This document shows positions 16,280 through 25,982 of a DNA stretch of 38,328 bases, in pieces; within the stretch, counting starts at the first letter, position 1, and each line of letters starts with the position of its first letter. This stretch comes from Bdellovibrionota bacterium FG-1. Lineage in GTDB: Bacteria > Bdellovibrionota > UBA1018. The stretch spans positions 1 to 38,328 of the forward strand of contig JBBCAW010000083.1 of the NCBI GenBank assembly GCA_051382295.1, read 5' to 3'. The position numbers and the translations under genes are program-made. Under the pieces are notes generated by a model that saw nothing but the letters and a program-made list of their open reading frames with translations, did not search any database and had not been told where the DNA came from.

Positions 16280-17443
16280 ATGCGCATATTGGGCGTAATG
16301 ACTGGAACTTCTTGCGATAGCCTCGATGCCGCATGCATTGAGGTGACGGCCCAGGGTTGGCAACCCCAATGGTCGGTCGCGGTTTCTTACCCTCCTGCTT
16401 TGCGAAAACGCGTTTTCGACGCGCAAAAGCCTGGTCGGGAGCTGGGGGTCGTGGACTGGCTCGTGTTGCATCGAGATTTGGGGGATTGGTACGCCTCTTC
16501 GTTGGGCCGGATCCTTCGAGGTAAACGCCGGGCATCGCGGCCTCAGGTCATTGCGGTTCACGGCCAGACGATTGGTCATTTTCCAGGCAAAAAAATGACG
16601 CTCCAACTGGGAGAACCCGCTCGAATCGTGCGAGAGACCGGGCTTACCGTTGTCACGGATTTTAGAAACGGTGATCTTGCGGCGGGTGGCAGGGGGGCGC
16701 CGTTGGTCCCGTTTTTTCATAGAATGATGGGTCGGATGATTGTGGACCAGGAGTTGGAGGGGCAGGGTCTTTCTATTCATAATATCGGAGGAATCAGCAA
16801 CCTCACGTACCTGGGCATGGGTCAACGAGTCATCGCTTTTGACACCGGGCCGGGGAATCTTTGGATTGACGCCGCGGCAGACTGGGTCTCCGGCGGTAAA
16901 CTTAAGCTTGATCGCAATGGCGTTCTCGCCCGTCGAGGACAGCCGGATCAAGATGCGATTGGCCAGATTTTACGGCATCCCTATTTTCGCAGGGCCGCAC
17001 CCAAGTCGACGGGACGGGATGAGTTTCCCTTCGAGCTTTTGCTGAAGCATACGCGGGCAAAAGGTGCCGATTTGGTCGCCACCGCGACCGCAATTACCGT
17101 CAAAACGATGGCGTTAGCTTATCAACGAGCTATCCTGGCCAAAAGGCTTCCACTCCACGCGATTTACCTTTGCGGGGGGGGTGCCGCCAATCCAGCTCTG
17201 ATTCAGGGGTTACAAAACGAGCTCACCCAAACCATCGTAAAAACCCTTGATCAAGTCGGGTTTGATAGTAAATTGGTTGAGGCTCAGGCTTTCGCCTATT
17301 ATGGCTTTTTGGCGCTCTGTGGAAAAGCATGTAGCGGCCCGTGGACTGGGGCTCGTGGTTTTGTCCCCCCCGCTCACATTATTCCGGGGCCAAATTGGGT
17401 TGAATTGGTGTCCACACTCCACGATAGCCGATTCCTTCGTTAA
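16280..17443 (+). CDS. anmK: Anhydro-N-acetylmuramic acid kinase
   Basis: GVMTGTSCDSLD, HGQT, TLQLG, DFR..DLAAGGRGAPLVP, NIGGISN, FDTGPGN, PKSTGRDEF, CGGGA.N, EAQAFA. Confidence 0.95.
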   Translation: MRILGVMTGTSCDSLDAACIEVTAQGWQPQWSVAVSYPPALRKRVFDAQKPGRELGVVDWLVLHRDLGDWYASSLGRILRGKRRASRPQVIAVHGQTIGHFPGKKMTLQLGEPARIVRETGLTVVTDFRNGDLAAGGRGAPLVPFFHRMMGRMIVDQELEGQGLSIHNIGGISNLTYLGMGQRVIAFDTGPGNLWIDAAADWVSGGKLKLDRNGVLARRGQPDQDAIGQILRHPYFRRAAPKSTGRDEFPFELLLKHTRAKGADLVATATAITVKTMALAYQRAILAKRLPLHAIYLCGGGAANPALIQGLQNELTQTIVKTLDQVGFDSKLVEAQAFAYYGFLALCGKACSGPWTGARGFVPPAHIIPGPNWVELVSTLHDSRFLR

Positions 17444-18392
17444 GCGAAGAGCCGATTCCCGTCGATGTTCCATATAAAACCGCCTGAGGGCCGAAGTTTT
17501 CTGGAGCGGTGGCTGTGGAGTCGCCCAACGAATTCCAATAAGCGGGTCCCACCCATTGGGAGGTTCGAAAGACTTTCGGCGAAACGTTTTTAGCGGCCCA
17601 GAGCTCGGAGGCAATTCTGCGATTGCTTTGCTCGATTCTGGCGCGCCAGGATCGACAAATCGTTCCCGTCTCGAGCCCTCGAATCAAAGCGACGTGAGCT
17701 TCGAGCCAAAGGGCAGGCGAGCCTACATCGTGCCACTGTCCCTGAGTGAAAAATACGCCGGCTTTTCGTGCCTTAATTGCGGGATTTAAAATAGAGGATA
17801 CGAACTCAGAAGGCCCTAAGGCAGGGACGTGCTGGAGCGCCTCCGGCTCAAGAACTGCGGCTCCCACAAAAAAAGGCTTCCCTAAGGTTTTCGGCCCTAG
17901 GCCTGTAATCAGTCCATCAGCGGGATTAAAAACAATTTCGCGGTAGGCCTCGCGCTGGAATCCTCCCGTGCAAATCGGTGGCGAGGGAAACACAGTCAAT
18001 GTCAACGTGACGCCCTGCTGCTCTTTGAGGCGCTGGTGGGCCCGCGCTAAGGCGTTGAGGTCGACATCGCAGAGGACATCGGCATTCAATAAAAAAAACG
18101 GTCGTGAGCCCAGTAAAGGCGTGGCGAACCTTTGGCCCCCTGCGCTTCCGAGAAGTTCTTTCGATTCATCGCTGATTAGAAGTTTGGCTCCCCCCCGGTC
18201 CAATAATTCAAGGCCGGCTTGAGCGCGGTCGGCGTGATGGTGAATATTTGCAACAACCCGTTCCACTCCGGCGGCGACTGCGGCATCCAGGCTAAATTGG
18301 GCCATAGGTACCCCCATGAGGGGTAGAAGTGCTTTGGGCTCCATTTCAGTAAACGGCCGCAGGCGCGTCCCGAGGCCCGCAGCCATTAACAT
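17379..18392 (-). CDS. murU: N-acetylmuramate alpha-1-phosphate uridylyltransferase-like nucleotidyltransferase
   Basis: MAAGLGTRLRP...PKAL, ELLGSAGG, LNADV, WHDVGSP; directly downstream of amgK. Confidence 0.75.
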   Translation of the reverse strand: MLMAAGLGTRLRPFTEMEPKALLPLMGVPMAQFSLDAAVAAGVERVVANIHHHADRAQAGLELLDRGGAKLLISDESKELLGSAGGQRFATPLLGSRPFFLLNADVLCDVDLNALARAHQRLKEQQGVTLTLTVFPSPPICTGGFQREAYREIVFNPADGLITGLGPKTLGKPFFVGAAVLEPEALQHVPALGPSEFVSSILNPAIKARKAGVFFTQGQWHDVGSPALWLEAHVALIRGLETGTICRSWRARIEQSNRRIASELWAAKNVSPKVFRTSQWVGPAYWNSLGDSTATAPENFGPQAVLYGTSTGIGSSLNEGIGYRGVWTPIQPNLAPE

Positions 18393-18405
18393 GACCTGCC
18401 GGATT

Positions 18406-19503
18406 TCAGAAGTAGTAGTAATGAAACAAAACCTCTCTGAGTTGTGAATACCTTGGATACTTGAGTAAGGTGCGGCGAATATTTTCGAAAGTATTGCCGA
18501 TGTATTTAAGATAGGTCGCGTTTCCGCGTCGATTCAGAAAAGAAGCAAAACTCCCGATGGCCTTGAAGTTGCGTTGCACGGCCATGAGGTCAAAGATCAT
18601 TTGAAAGCGTTCTTTATCTATTCCTTCGCCGTTCAGTGCTTCCCGGCGGGCAATGTAATAATTGAGGAGTCTTTGAATCTGCTCCTCTTCAAGCTGATAA
18701 TAACTATCTTTGAGCAAAGACGCTAAATCGTATTGGGGGGGGCCCATGCGAGCGTCTTGAAAATCAATCATCACTAATCTGGGTTTATCAAAGCTGCCCT
18801 GCTCGTCCAGAGTGACCATGATATTTCGGCTATGAAAATCTCGATGCGTCAACACCGTCGGCTCGTTAGCCAGAAGCGTGCAAATTTCGCCAAACCCCTC
18901 CTGAATGATCTTTCGGTCGCGTTCTTTGATTTCACGTTTGAGATAAGTGTCGTAAAAGTGCTCGAGGCAGAAGTTCACCTCCCACATCAGCTTTTCATGG
19001 TCGAATTTAAGCTGATAGGCTTCGATATGAGCGGGTTTGCACGGCGGCGAGGCTTTGACTTGAAGGATCACGAGTTGATCGAGCACCCTTTCGTAAAGGT
19101 GGCGTTCAACGTCGGAGTTGGAGACTTCCTGAAGCTGCCTGAGTAGTGTGACGTCTCCTAAATCCTCAAGTAGGATAAAGCCTCGGGACGCGTCGATATC
19201 CAAGACGGCGGGGACATCAATGCCTGCCGAGGCGAGATGTTTTTGGATGACTAGAAAGGGGAGATGGGTGTTTTGGGCGCTGAATTCCTCCATGCGCATC
19301 GCAATAAAGGTTTTTTCTCCCGATTTGATGCGATAATAACAGCGTGTACTGGCATCGCCGGGAAGTTTGGTGATGGAGTCAATAGTCTTAGAGGCTTTGA
19401 CCCAGTGGCTGAGTTCTTCGTCGCCGATTGGACCCATTGGGCCCGTCATCAGTTGATCCATCATCTGCCTGACCTCCTCCTTGAATGCGGCTTTGGTTCT
19501 CAA
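18406..19503 (-). CDS. amgK: N-acetylmuramate/N-acetylglucosamine kinase (APH family)
   Basis: LPGDASTRCYYR, LEDLGD, HRDFHSRNIM, IDFQDARMGP..YDLASLLKD. Confidence 0.87.
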   Translation of the reverse strand: MRTKAAFKEEVRQMMDQLMTGPMGPIGDEELSHWVKASKTIDSITKLPGDASTRCYYRIKSGEKTFIAMRMEEFSAQNTHLPFLVIQKHLASAGIDVPAVLDIDASRGFILLEDLGDVTLLRQLQEVSNSDVERHLYERVLDQLVILQVKASPPCKPAHIEAYQLKFDHEKLMWEVNFCLEHFYDTYLKREIKERDRKIIQEGFGEICTLLANEPTVLTHRDFHSRNIMVTLDEQGSFDKPRLVMIDFQDARMGPPQYDLASLLKDSYYQLEEEQIQRLLNYYIARREALNGEGIDKERFQMIFDLMAVQRNFKAIGSFASFLNRRGNATYLKYIGNTFENIRRTLLKYPRYSQLREVLFHYYYF

Positions 19504-20381
19504 AGTCTTTGAATCCTCTTTTGGACCCGCAAAAAAGCCTGGGACCGAACTATAGGATTACGCAAAGGCGAATACAGAGCAATCTCTCTTCGTGTTTTTT
19601 CTATCAATTTTTGTAAAAGTTCTTCGCTGAGGGGGGAATGATCGGGTTCTTCTAGGTACATTTGCCACATCGAGGCTAGACCGCGTGGATCGTATCCCGA
19701 GCGGTAAAGCAATTGGACGGCCTTAGTGACCGCCGCTAAATAGAAATCATCCGAAAAAGCAAAAACCCCCAGCGGCCCCAAGTATTCAACGGGACGATCA
19801 GAATGATGGCCCTCGCCCGGAAAGAGGCCCTCGATCTCGGGATAGTCGATCATTTGGGATCCCGCACCGGTGAGGGAGGCAGATGCGGGTTTGCCTTGGA
19901 CGCGGACGACCTCTTCTTGTAAACGCGTCAAAATGTGCCTTTCGGCGATATGAGCGAGCTCAAAGGCGATGGCACCCGCGATTTCGTTTTCAAAATGCAT
20001 CTCTTTAAGAAGGCTCGAAGAAAGGTAGATGCGATGGCCTGGTAAACCAAAATTTCGCCATGCTGTGTTTCGATCCTGAATGGTGAGGACTTCAACGCGC
20101 GCGCCTCCTAGATCAGCAGTGGCGTTACAAAGAGTTTGGCCCACGCCCGCCAGATAAACGGCAATCTCCTTGTCTTGATGGATCTTGAGTTGTGCGTCGA
20201 ATTGGCGCGCTATTTCCGTTCCGATGGCCTGATCGCGTTGAATTCGCTCTGCCGTCGTGAGGGGCAGCGCGGGGGGGGCTGTTGTGGCGCAACCTATCCC
20301 TAAACCCCCCAAAATGAACAGGGTCATTAAAATTACCGCTCTGCATACATGGTGTCTCATAAAAGCCGGTTGCATTTCCAC
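19500..20381 (-). CDS. M48-peptidase-like lipoprotein, zinc motif degenerate
   Basis: Lipobox-like GIGC; NFGLPGHRIY, ENEIAGAIAFELAH, LYRSGYDP; HExxH is FExxH. Start uncertain. Confidence 0.75.
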   Translation of the reverse strand: MEMQPAFMRHHVCRAVILMTLFILGGLGIGCATTAPPALPLTTAERIQRDQAIGTEIARQFDAQLKIHQDKEIAVYLAGVGQTLCNATADLGGARVEVLTIQDRNTAWRNFGLPGHRIYLSSSLLKEMHFENEIAGAIAFELAHIAERHILTRLQEEVVRVQGKPASASLTGAGSQMIDYPEIEGLFPGEGHHSDRPVEYLGPLGVFAFSDDFYLAAVTKAVQLLYRSGYDPRGLASMWQMYLEEPDHSPLSEELLQKLIEKTRREIALYSPLRNPIVRSQAFLRVQKRIQRL

Positions 20382-20450
20382 TTCCCTTGGATACTGTTGC
20401 CCCAGAACCCTGTTTTAACATCTTAACTTATATTAATGGAGATTCCGCCC

Positions 20451-21038
20451 ATGAAAAAGTTTTTGGCACTCTTTGGACTGTTTTTAGTAGCCATGAATCC
20501 CTCAGTTCGCGCGGATTCGGGTTTTTTGACCGGATCGTTCGATGATGTTCTTTTTAGCGCGCTAACGACCCAGGTTGTTACGCTGGATTTGATCAATTGG
20601 AAGGTCGGCGATTCTCAGCAGTTTGACGTTAAAGCCGGCTCTTTTGGTAAGTTGGGGACGATGGTTAAGTCGGTCACTCAAGATGACGGCGCCACCATCT
20701 GGATCACACAGAATATGGATCTCATGATTCAGAAGCAAAAAGTTGAAATGCAAATGAACAAAGCGGATGGCAAGATTCTTAAGATGATCGTCAACGGCAA
20801 GGAACAACAAATCCCTGATGACAAGGTGGAAATCATTTCTCAAGATTACGCCGATGTCACCGTGCCGGCCGGTACTTTTAAAGCGATCCACATTGTTGCC
20901 AAGACCGCGCAGGCTCCTCATATTGAGATTTGGGCCAATCCTCGCGACACAGTGATGGAAGGAACCCTCAAGCAAGCCATTACTACTCAGGGAATGGATA
21001 TTGTGATGGAATTAACTACCTTCAAGCGGATGCCTTAA
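20451..21038 (+). CDS. Secreted hypothetical protein with VTVPAGTF motif
   Basis: Signal peptide MKKFLALFGLFLVA; SD GGAG; beta-rich, VTVPAGTF motif seen in DUF3108-like proteins. Confidence 0.7.
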   Translation: MKKFLALFGLFLVAMNPSVRADSGFLTGSFDDVLFSALTTQVVTLDLINWKVGDSQQFDVKAGSFGKLGTMVKSVTQDDGATIWITQNMDLMIQKQKVEMQMNKADGKILKMIVNGKEQQIPDDKVEIISQDYADVTVPAGTFKAIHIVAKTAQAPHIEIWANPRDTVMEGTLKQAITTQGMDIVMELTTFKRMP

Positions 21039-21091
21039 TTTTTAACGAGAGTGTGGACTTGGGGTTTGAAAGCCCTGAGTCCACATTCAGT

Positions 21092-21931
21092 TCAGGGTGT
21101 GGCTGCGGGTGCCCGAGCCACGTCTCGTTTTGTATTATTCGCATTTTCTGGCAAAGCGCCTCCACCGGCAAGTGGATTGGGTTTTGTAGTATTTTCAGAC
21201 TGATAGTAGAGATAAAAGCCCGCAAAAATCCGATTAGGATCGTGGATCATTTGCCGGTTGTTTTCCCACAACGTTCGCCATTTCGAACGCGTTCCGTAGA
21301 CTTCTCCAGAAATTCCCCCCAGCGTATCTCCCGCTTTGATCAAATAGCGCTCGCCGTTCTTTTGGAGGGCAAATGAAGTGGCGGGCCTTTCTACTTTAAG
21401 CACTGTGCCGGCTGGAATTTGGTTCGGGTTTGGAATTTTATCGCGGTTGGCTTCCAAAACTGATTTCCAACGATAGAGGTCGCCATAAGTTTCAAACGCG
21501 ATCTTCATCAGAGTGTCGCCGCTTTGGACAGTGTAGTGACTGAACTGTTCACCGTCTGGGGCAGAAACGGGAGCGACGGGAGCTGAAGTTTGTGCTGCTG
21601 CCACGGGTTGAGGGGGCGCTGGCTCTGCCACGGCAACAGCTGGCGCGGGTGCTGGCTGTGCATCAGTAGGAAGTTCGGGCTGGGTCTGGGCTTCGGTTTT
21701 CGGTGGATCGACTGGAAGGGCGGCCTGACCATCGACTGGGGGCGGGGTGTCTGGGTTGGTTGGATCTGCAGCGGCCACTTCCGCACTGGGTGGAACCGCA
21801 TCAGTGGCTGCATCGCCTGGAGGAAGGTTGGGGTCTTGTCCTTCACTGCTCGCAGTAGGGGAAGACGAGCAGCCTTGGGTAAGTGCCCCCATGATGACAA
21901 TGACGAGCGCTAGAAATAGATTTTTGTTCAT
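21092..21931 (-). CDS. Lipoprotein with Pro/Ala-rich linker and two LysM domains
   Basis: Lipobox-like TQGC; YTVQSGDTLMKIAFETYG and YLIKAGDTLGGISGEVYG repeats. Confidence 0.9.
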   Translation of the reverse strand: MNKNLFLALVIVIMGALTQGCSSSPTASSEGQDPNLPPGDAATDAVPPSAEVAAADPTNPDTPPPVDGQAALPVDPPKTEAQTQPELPTDAQPAPAPAVAVAEPAPPQPVAAAQTSAPVAPVSAPDGEQFSHYTVQSGDTLMKIAFETYGDLYRWKSVLEANRDKIPNPNQIPAGTVLKVERPATSFALQKNGERYLIKAGDTLGGISGEVYGTRSKWRTLWENNRQMIHDPNRIFAGFYLYYQSENTTKPNPLAGGGALPENANNTKRDVARAPAATP

Positions 21932-21975
21932 AATATCAACCCCTTTGATTGGCAAAAGCCGAGTCTCTAGGGATT

Positions 21976-22003
21976 ACATCGGAACAAAAGCCGGCTTTCT
22001 TTA
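21976..22003 (-). promoter_or_regulatory. Putative sigma28 promoter for the LysM gene
   Basis: Minus strand TAAAG-N15-TCCGATGT, same spacing as the site upstream of PilT/PilU. Confidence 0.45.
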
Positions 22004-23245
22004 GGGTTTTAGGTAGGCATGGACATTCTTAATGCTCAGCGCTGTGCATTTAATTGATGAGGCTTGGCCCATGGAGTGAACTGCAACATGAATCATAGCC
22101 GTCGGCTGATCGTAAGCTGTCTGTAATGCTGAAGCTTCATTCAGCGTATCTAAGCCGAGCGTGAAAAATCCCGGAGTCCCAGACGCCAAGTTGATGTGAG
22201 TCGACCAAGTCAATGAGGCGCCCAGAAAAACATCAATAGCGATGCCAGCCCCTCCGTTTATGTCAGTTACTAAAGGATTAGCTGGAAAGCAGCTGGAGGG
22301 GGAGCCTGAAACCGCGCCGCCTGCTCCTGTTACATCGATTTGAACCGAGCCAAATTGAGCGAGAGGGTACATCGAAGCATCAAACACAAAATCCACGCGT
22401 TCATAACCCGATCCGAAATCAGCCATTATTATGGGAGTCATGTTGGTCGGATCCGTCAGCAACGCTAAATCGGCTCCTGTAATCGGCGATAGGCCAGGGG
22501 GCGTTTGGGTAGGAGGGCTGAGAGACTCAACAAAGTTCGCCGGACTTGAAGCGATGGTCCCATGATAAACGCCTACCAACAGCAAGGAAACAGGACTGGC
22601 ACTTGAAGGACTTGGAGTCGGACTTGGAGTCGCAGTCGGACTTGGGGTCGCACTCGAAGTAGGTGTAGTTTCGGGTATGGGAGTATAGGCAGGTGGTCTC
22701 GTATCACAGCCGAAGGGGTAAGGATTCCATGTGACCGTTGAATCGACGCCAAACGTGTTTTGAATTTCGACTTGGGAATCTCGAAACAGATCGGTCACGG
22801 TTCGGCCAAGTTCAGAGATGACATAGGGCTGGTAGGCGTTGGTGACTGATGGATATTTTGCCCACATCGCCTCTTCAAAGGATTGGATATTTGCATAGTT
22901 GCCGCAAGAAGCGCCCGGGGGCAATTGAATGCCGATCATCTGAATGGTCCGTTGGGATCCAGACGGTACCTTGAGCGAAATAGTGGTGGAGGACGAATCC
23001 ACAAGAGAGGACGTCATGCCCCGGTAGGGACAACCCGGCTGCATTGAATTTCCCTGTATTCCCGAGCCATAAACATTGACGGCAAAACAATTAAAATCAC
23101 TCAAAACCCTGGTCGAAGTCAGCCCCTGAATCTTGGCTGGAGACCGTTCGGGCATCGCAATATGGACCTGGATGTAATCGGGGTTAGGCGACAACGAACA
23201 GCCTAGCAAACAGCTCATTCCCACGGCCGCAATCAAGTTTTTCAT
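22001..23245 (-). CDS. Hypothetical lipoprotein, two domains joined by a (T/S)P-repeat linker
   Basis: Lipobox LLGC; ATGA-coupled to the FecR gene; TPSPTATPSPTPSPSS linker. Confidence 0.75.
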   Translation of the reverse strand: MKNLIAAVGMSCLLGCSLSPNPDYIQVHIAMPERSPAKIQGLTSTRVLSDFNCFAVNVYGSGIQGNSMQPGCPYRGMTSSLVDSSSTTISLKVPSGSQRTIQMIGIQLPPGASCGNYANIQSFEEAMWAKYPSVTNAYQPYVISELGRTVTDLFRDSQVEIQNTFGVDSTVTWNPYPFGCDTRPPAYTPIPETTPTSSATPSPTATPSPTPSPSSASPVSLLLVGVYHGTIASSPANFVESLSPPTQTPPGLSPITGADLALLTDPTNMTPIIMADFGSGYERVDFVFDASMYPLAQFGSVQIDVTGAGGAVSGSPSSCFPANPLVTDINGGAGIAIDVFLGASLTWSTHINLASGTPGFFTLGLDTLNEASALQTAYDQPTAMIHVAVHSMGQASSIKCTALSIKNVHAYLKP

Positions 23246-24249
23246 TTTTTGAATACCACCGTGAGGTTGATCGGCATTCCTGGCACGAGGGTGTTGGCGC
23301 CAGGGTTAGAAGAGGGCCCAAAAGTGCCAGGCGAACCGATTTGGCCGGCATTCGGTACGAAATCAGGAGTGGACGAGAGCGTGGAGCCCATGGCGGAAAG
23401 GGTCGAAATTCCAGAGGATGGGCCACTTTGAGAATTTTCTATCGTAATGGCTTGCTTAAATGTCTTGTCCTCAATTTTGGTCTCTTGAACGACCGTCTTC
23501 ATCTGTGCGACAGAAAGCTCCACGACTTTGGCCTCCGGAGCGGAGGCAGACTTTGCCACCGGCTTGTCGCCTACCACTTGCGAGACAGTCGTTAACTGTT
23601 CGCCCTTGTTCACCGCGATCGGAGCTTTCTTGGGTGCGGCCTTTTCACTGACCTCCACTTTACCCTCAATCACGGTAATTTGGGTTTTGACCGAGGTGCC
23701 CTTGGAACCACCAGAGGCCGCTTTGTTGCCAGAATGTCCGGCTCCCGCTTTCTCCTGAGGCTTGGGAGGTGCGATTTCGCCCAAATCCGAGGCAATAATA
23801 AATTCAGTGCCGCGTACGCCCATCGTCGCTGTTTTCGTGCGAATATTGTATTTGCCGTTGGCCCCCACGGGCGTATTGACCGCTGCGCGCACCTTGCCGT
23901 AGGACATTGTCATTCCAACATTTCGATCCGAGCCATTTTTTATTTGGTATTCGTCGACTCTAAAAAGAGTGGAACCACCCAAATCTAAAACGGAGCGGTC
24001 CGTGAATAAAAGTTTGGCCGAGGCTGAACTCGAGGTGTTGATCACGTCCCCTTTGTAGATTTCCTCGCCGGCTTTCAGTTTTCTCATTTTAGGGAGGCCG
24101 GTTTTCTCACCCTCGTCGTTGCGAATGAGTACCTCGCCCGCTGCGCTCACCGCTTTAGCGGCGACCACAGGAGTGGGGGCCGCAACCGAAAGACTGGTGC
24201 CCATGCTAAGAAATATGAGAACAGGCCAAACATTTGACAAAAGAATCAT
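23242..24249 (-). CDS. Secreted FecR-domain protein
   Basis: Signal peptide; GDVINT, LLFTDRSVLDLG, GKVRA, IRTKTATMGVRGTEF, VIEGKVEV. Confidence 0.88.
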   Translation of the reverse strand: MILLSNVWPVLIFLSMGTSLSVAAPTPVVAAKAVSAAGEVLIRNDEGEKTGLPKMRKLKAGEEIYKGDVINTSSSASAKLLFTDRSVLDLGGSTLFRVDEYQIKNGSDRNVGMTMSYGKVRAAVNTPVGANGKYNIRTKTATMGVRGTEFIIASDLGEIAPPKPQEKAGAGHSGNKAASGGSKGTSVKTQITVIEGKVEVSEKAAPKKAPIAVNKGEQLTTVSQVVGDKPVAKSASAPEAKVVELSVAQMKTVVQETKIEDKTFKQAITIENSQSGPSSGISTLSAMGSTLSSTPDFVPNAGQIGSPGTFGPSSNPGANTLVPGMPINLTVVFKK

Positions 24250-24257
24250 TGATTCAG

Positions 24258-24286
24258 AGTGTAGCTAGGTTATGATTTCGTGACAA
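24258..24286 (-). promoter_or_regulatory. Putative sigma70 promoter for the FecR operon
   Basis: Minus strand TTGTCA-N17-TACACT-N8-ATG; overlapping plus-strand TTGATT-N16-TATGAT (24249-24276). Confidence 0.5.
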
Positions 24287-24292
24287 GCGAGA

Positions 24293-25951
24293 ATGAACTT
24301 GAACCCTTTATTGAAATCATTGCGATCTCCTATTTTTTTGGTGACGCTCAGTTTGTCTTTGTGTCGTTTCGCGGCGGCTGAAATTCCTACCAAACTTGAG
24401 CCCATTTATGCCGAGGCCGTTCTGGCTTACAACGGTAAGGACTACAACAAGTCGTTGTCACTTTTGGATGAGCTTTTGCGTCAAAAGCCCAGCTTAACGG
24501 AGGCCCTAGAACTTAAGGCCCTCAATTTAAAGTTCCGACATGATGATGTAGCATCCGCCCAGGTTTATCAGGATCTCATTCGCGCTAAACTTGCGGATAA
24601 AAAGACCGAAAAAGAAGTCGCACCGTATCGTTATGAACTCGGCCTGATTCATTTTAGGTCCGGGCGGGTCAATGAGGGCCGTCGTGAACTCGAAGGAGCG
24701 CTCAAGGAGGACTTTAACGCCCCAGCCACCCATTTTTTTTTAGGTCTGATTGATTTTCGGGGCAATGCGCTCCACTCAGCCGAAGAGCACTTTAAAGAGG
24801 TTTCGTCTTCGGGGCTCGCCGATCTCAAGCCAGCGGCTGATTTTTATCTTGGGCAAATTTATTCGAAGTTAGGCCAGGCCTCAGGTGCGACTCAGCGGTT
24901 TTTTTTGGCTCGCAATGGAGCTAAGGAAGTTTTGGATGACGACCATGCTGAAGCCGAGGCTAAAAAAGTCGCAGGCCAAATTCGGGACGCCACTGAAGCG
25001 GCACTCAAGCCATTCGATCACAGCGGCCCTTTCGGAAATATCGGGTTATCCATCGGGTACGACACCAACGCGCTTTCGATCCCTTCTGCCCAAATTTCGG
25101 TGGACCCCACTTTGGGGGGTAACGCCCATACCGCTAAGACTAACTTAACTGGCGGGGTCGGCTATATGTCCTCGCCGTTGAATAAGTGGCAATTCGTTCC
25201 GAGCTATCGAGGGGCATTGAACTACAATCTGAACAGTGACGCCAAGACGAGCGAGTTTTTTAATAATGACTTTTCGCTCTATATCACTCGCAACGCGTTA
25301 GCTCGATTCAGTTGGGGGATGAAGCTCGAGGCTGTGTATATTTTTCAAAACACAGGCGACCCAACCACACGTTTTCATTTCGGAAGTTATAGTTTACTCG
25401 TTCCCCTTGGACCGTATTTCCGATATGAGCTCGGGCATCAGTTCGTTTTGAGTATCGACCTTACCGTGGCGCCAGGAAGTTATTTTTTGGATACTGACTC
25501 CGCGCCCACGCTGAAGCGGGGGGGGCTTGATTCGAATCTCAGAGTTTCAGTTCGTAACGAACGGGGGGATCGGTACTGGAATCCAACGTTCAGTGTGTTG
25601 TTGGATAGCAATTCAACCAACGGTCGATCCAATTCCATGACTTCCAATGGCGTGAGCGGGGCCGAGTTTTCTTCTACCAACGTTAATTTTGAGCTTTCTG
25701 ATGTGATGCGCCTCATGCCAGTGTTCACTGAAACCTTGACCATGGATATTGGGTTTCCTCGCTATGCCGACCGAGCGGATGGGCCTCGTCAAGACCGGGT
25801 TTACTCATTCGATGCGGCTTCAGCCTATCGGTTAACGCCCAAATACACGCTCATGGGTGATTTGGCGTATGTTTACAACGCTTCTAATGTCGACTCCCTC
25901 TACCAATTTACCCGGTTTATGATATCAGTAGGCGCAAGCTACTCGTTTTAG
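24293..25951 (+). CDS. TPR-repeat outer-membrane beta-barrel protein (Slam/DUF560-like architecture)
   Basis: Signal peptide; N-terminal TPR helices (YELGLIHF, HFFLGLI, FYLGQIY); GYDTN barrel start, amphipathic strands, C-terminal YSF. Confidence 0.72.
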   Translation: MNLNPLLKSLRSPIFLVTLSLSLCRFAAAEIPTKLEPIYAEAVLAYNGKDYNKSLSLLDELLRQKPSLTEALELKALNLKFRHDDVASAQVYQDLIRAKLADKKTEKEVAPYRYELGLIHFRSGRVNEGRRELEGALKEDFNAPATHFFLGLIDFRGNALHSAEEHFKEVSSSGLADLKPAADFYLGQIYSKLGQASGATQRFFLARNGAKEVLDDDHAEAEAKKVAGQIRDATEAALKPFDHSGPFGNIGLSIGYDTNALSIPSAQISVDPTLGGNAHTAKTNLTGGVGYMSSPLNKWQFVPSYRGALNYNLNSDAKTSEFFNNDFSLYITRNALARFSWGMKLEAVYIFQNTGDPTTRFHFGSYSLLVPLGPYFRYELGHQFVLSIDLTVAPGSYFLDTDSAPTLKRGGLDSNLRVSVRNERGDRYWNPTFSVLLDSNSTNGRSNSMTSNGVSGAEFSSTNVNFELSDVMRLMPVFTETLTMDIGFPRYADRADGPRQDRVYSFDAASAYRLTPKYTLMGDLAYVYNASNVDSLYQFTRFMISVGASYSF

Positions 25952-25982
25952 ATTGCTTCAATTTCATCGAGGGAGATCCCAC

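Noticed and set aside
15890..16951. 353-aa minus-strand ORF
   Set aside because: Antisense shadow of anmK plus an alternative frame of the PilZ-like gene; no motifs.
22608..22656. Tandem GGACTTGGAGTC-like repeats
   Set aside because: They encode the TPSP linker of the lipoprotein; no spacers, not CRISPR.
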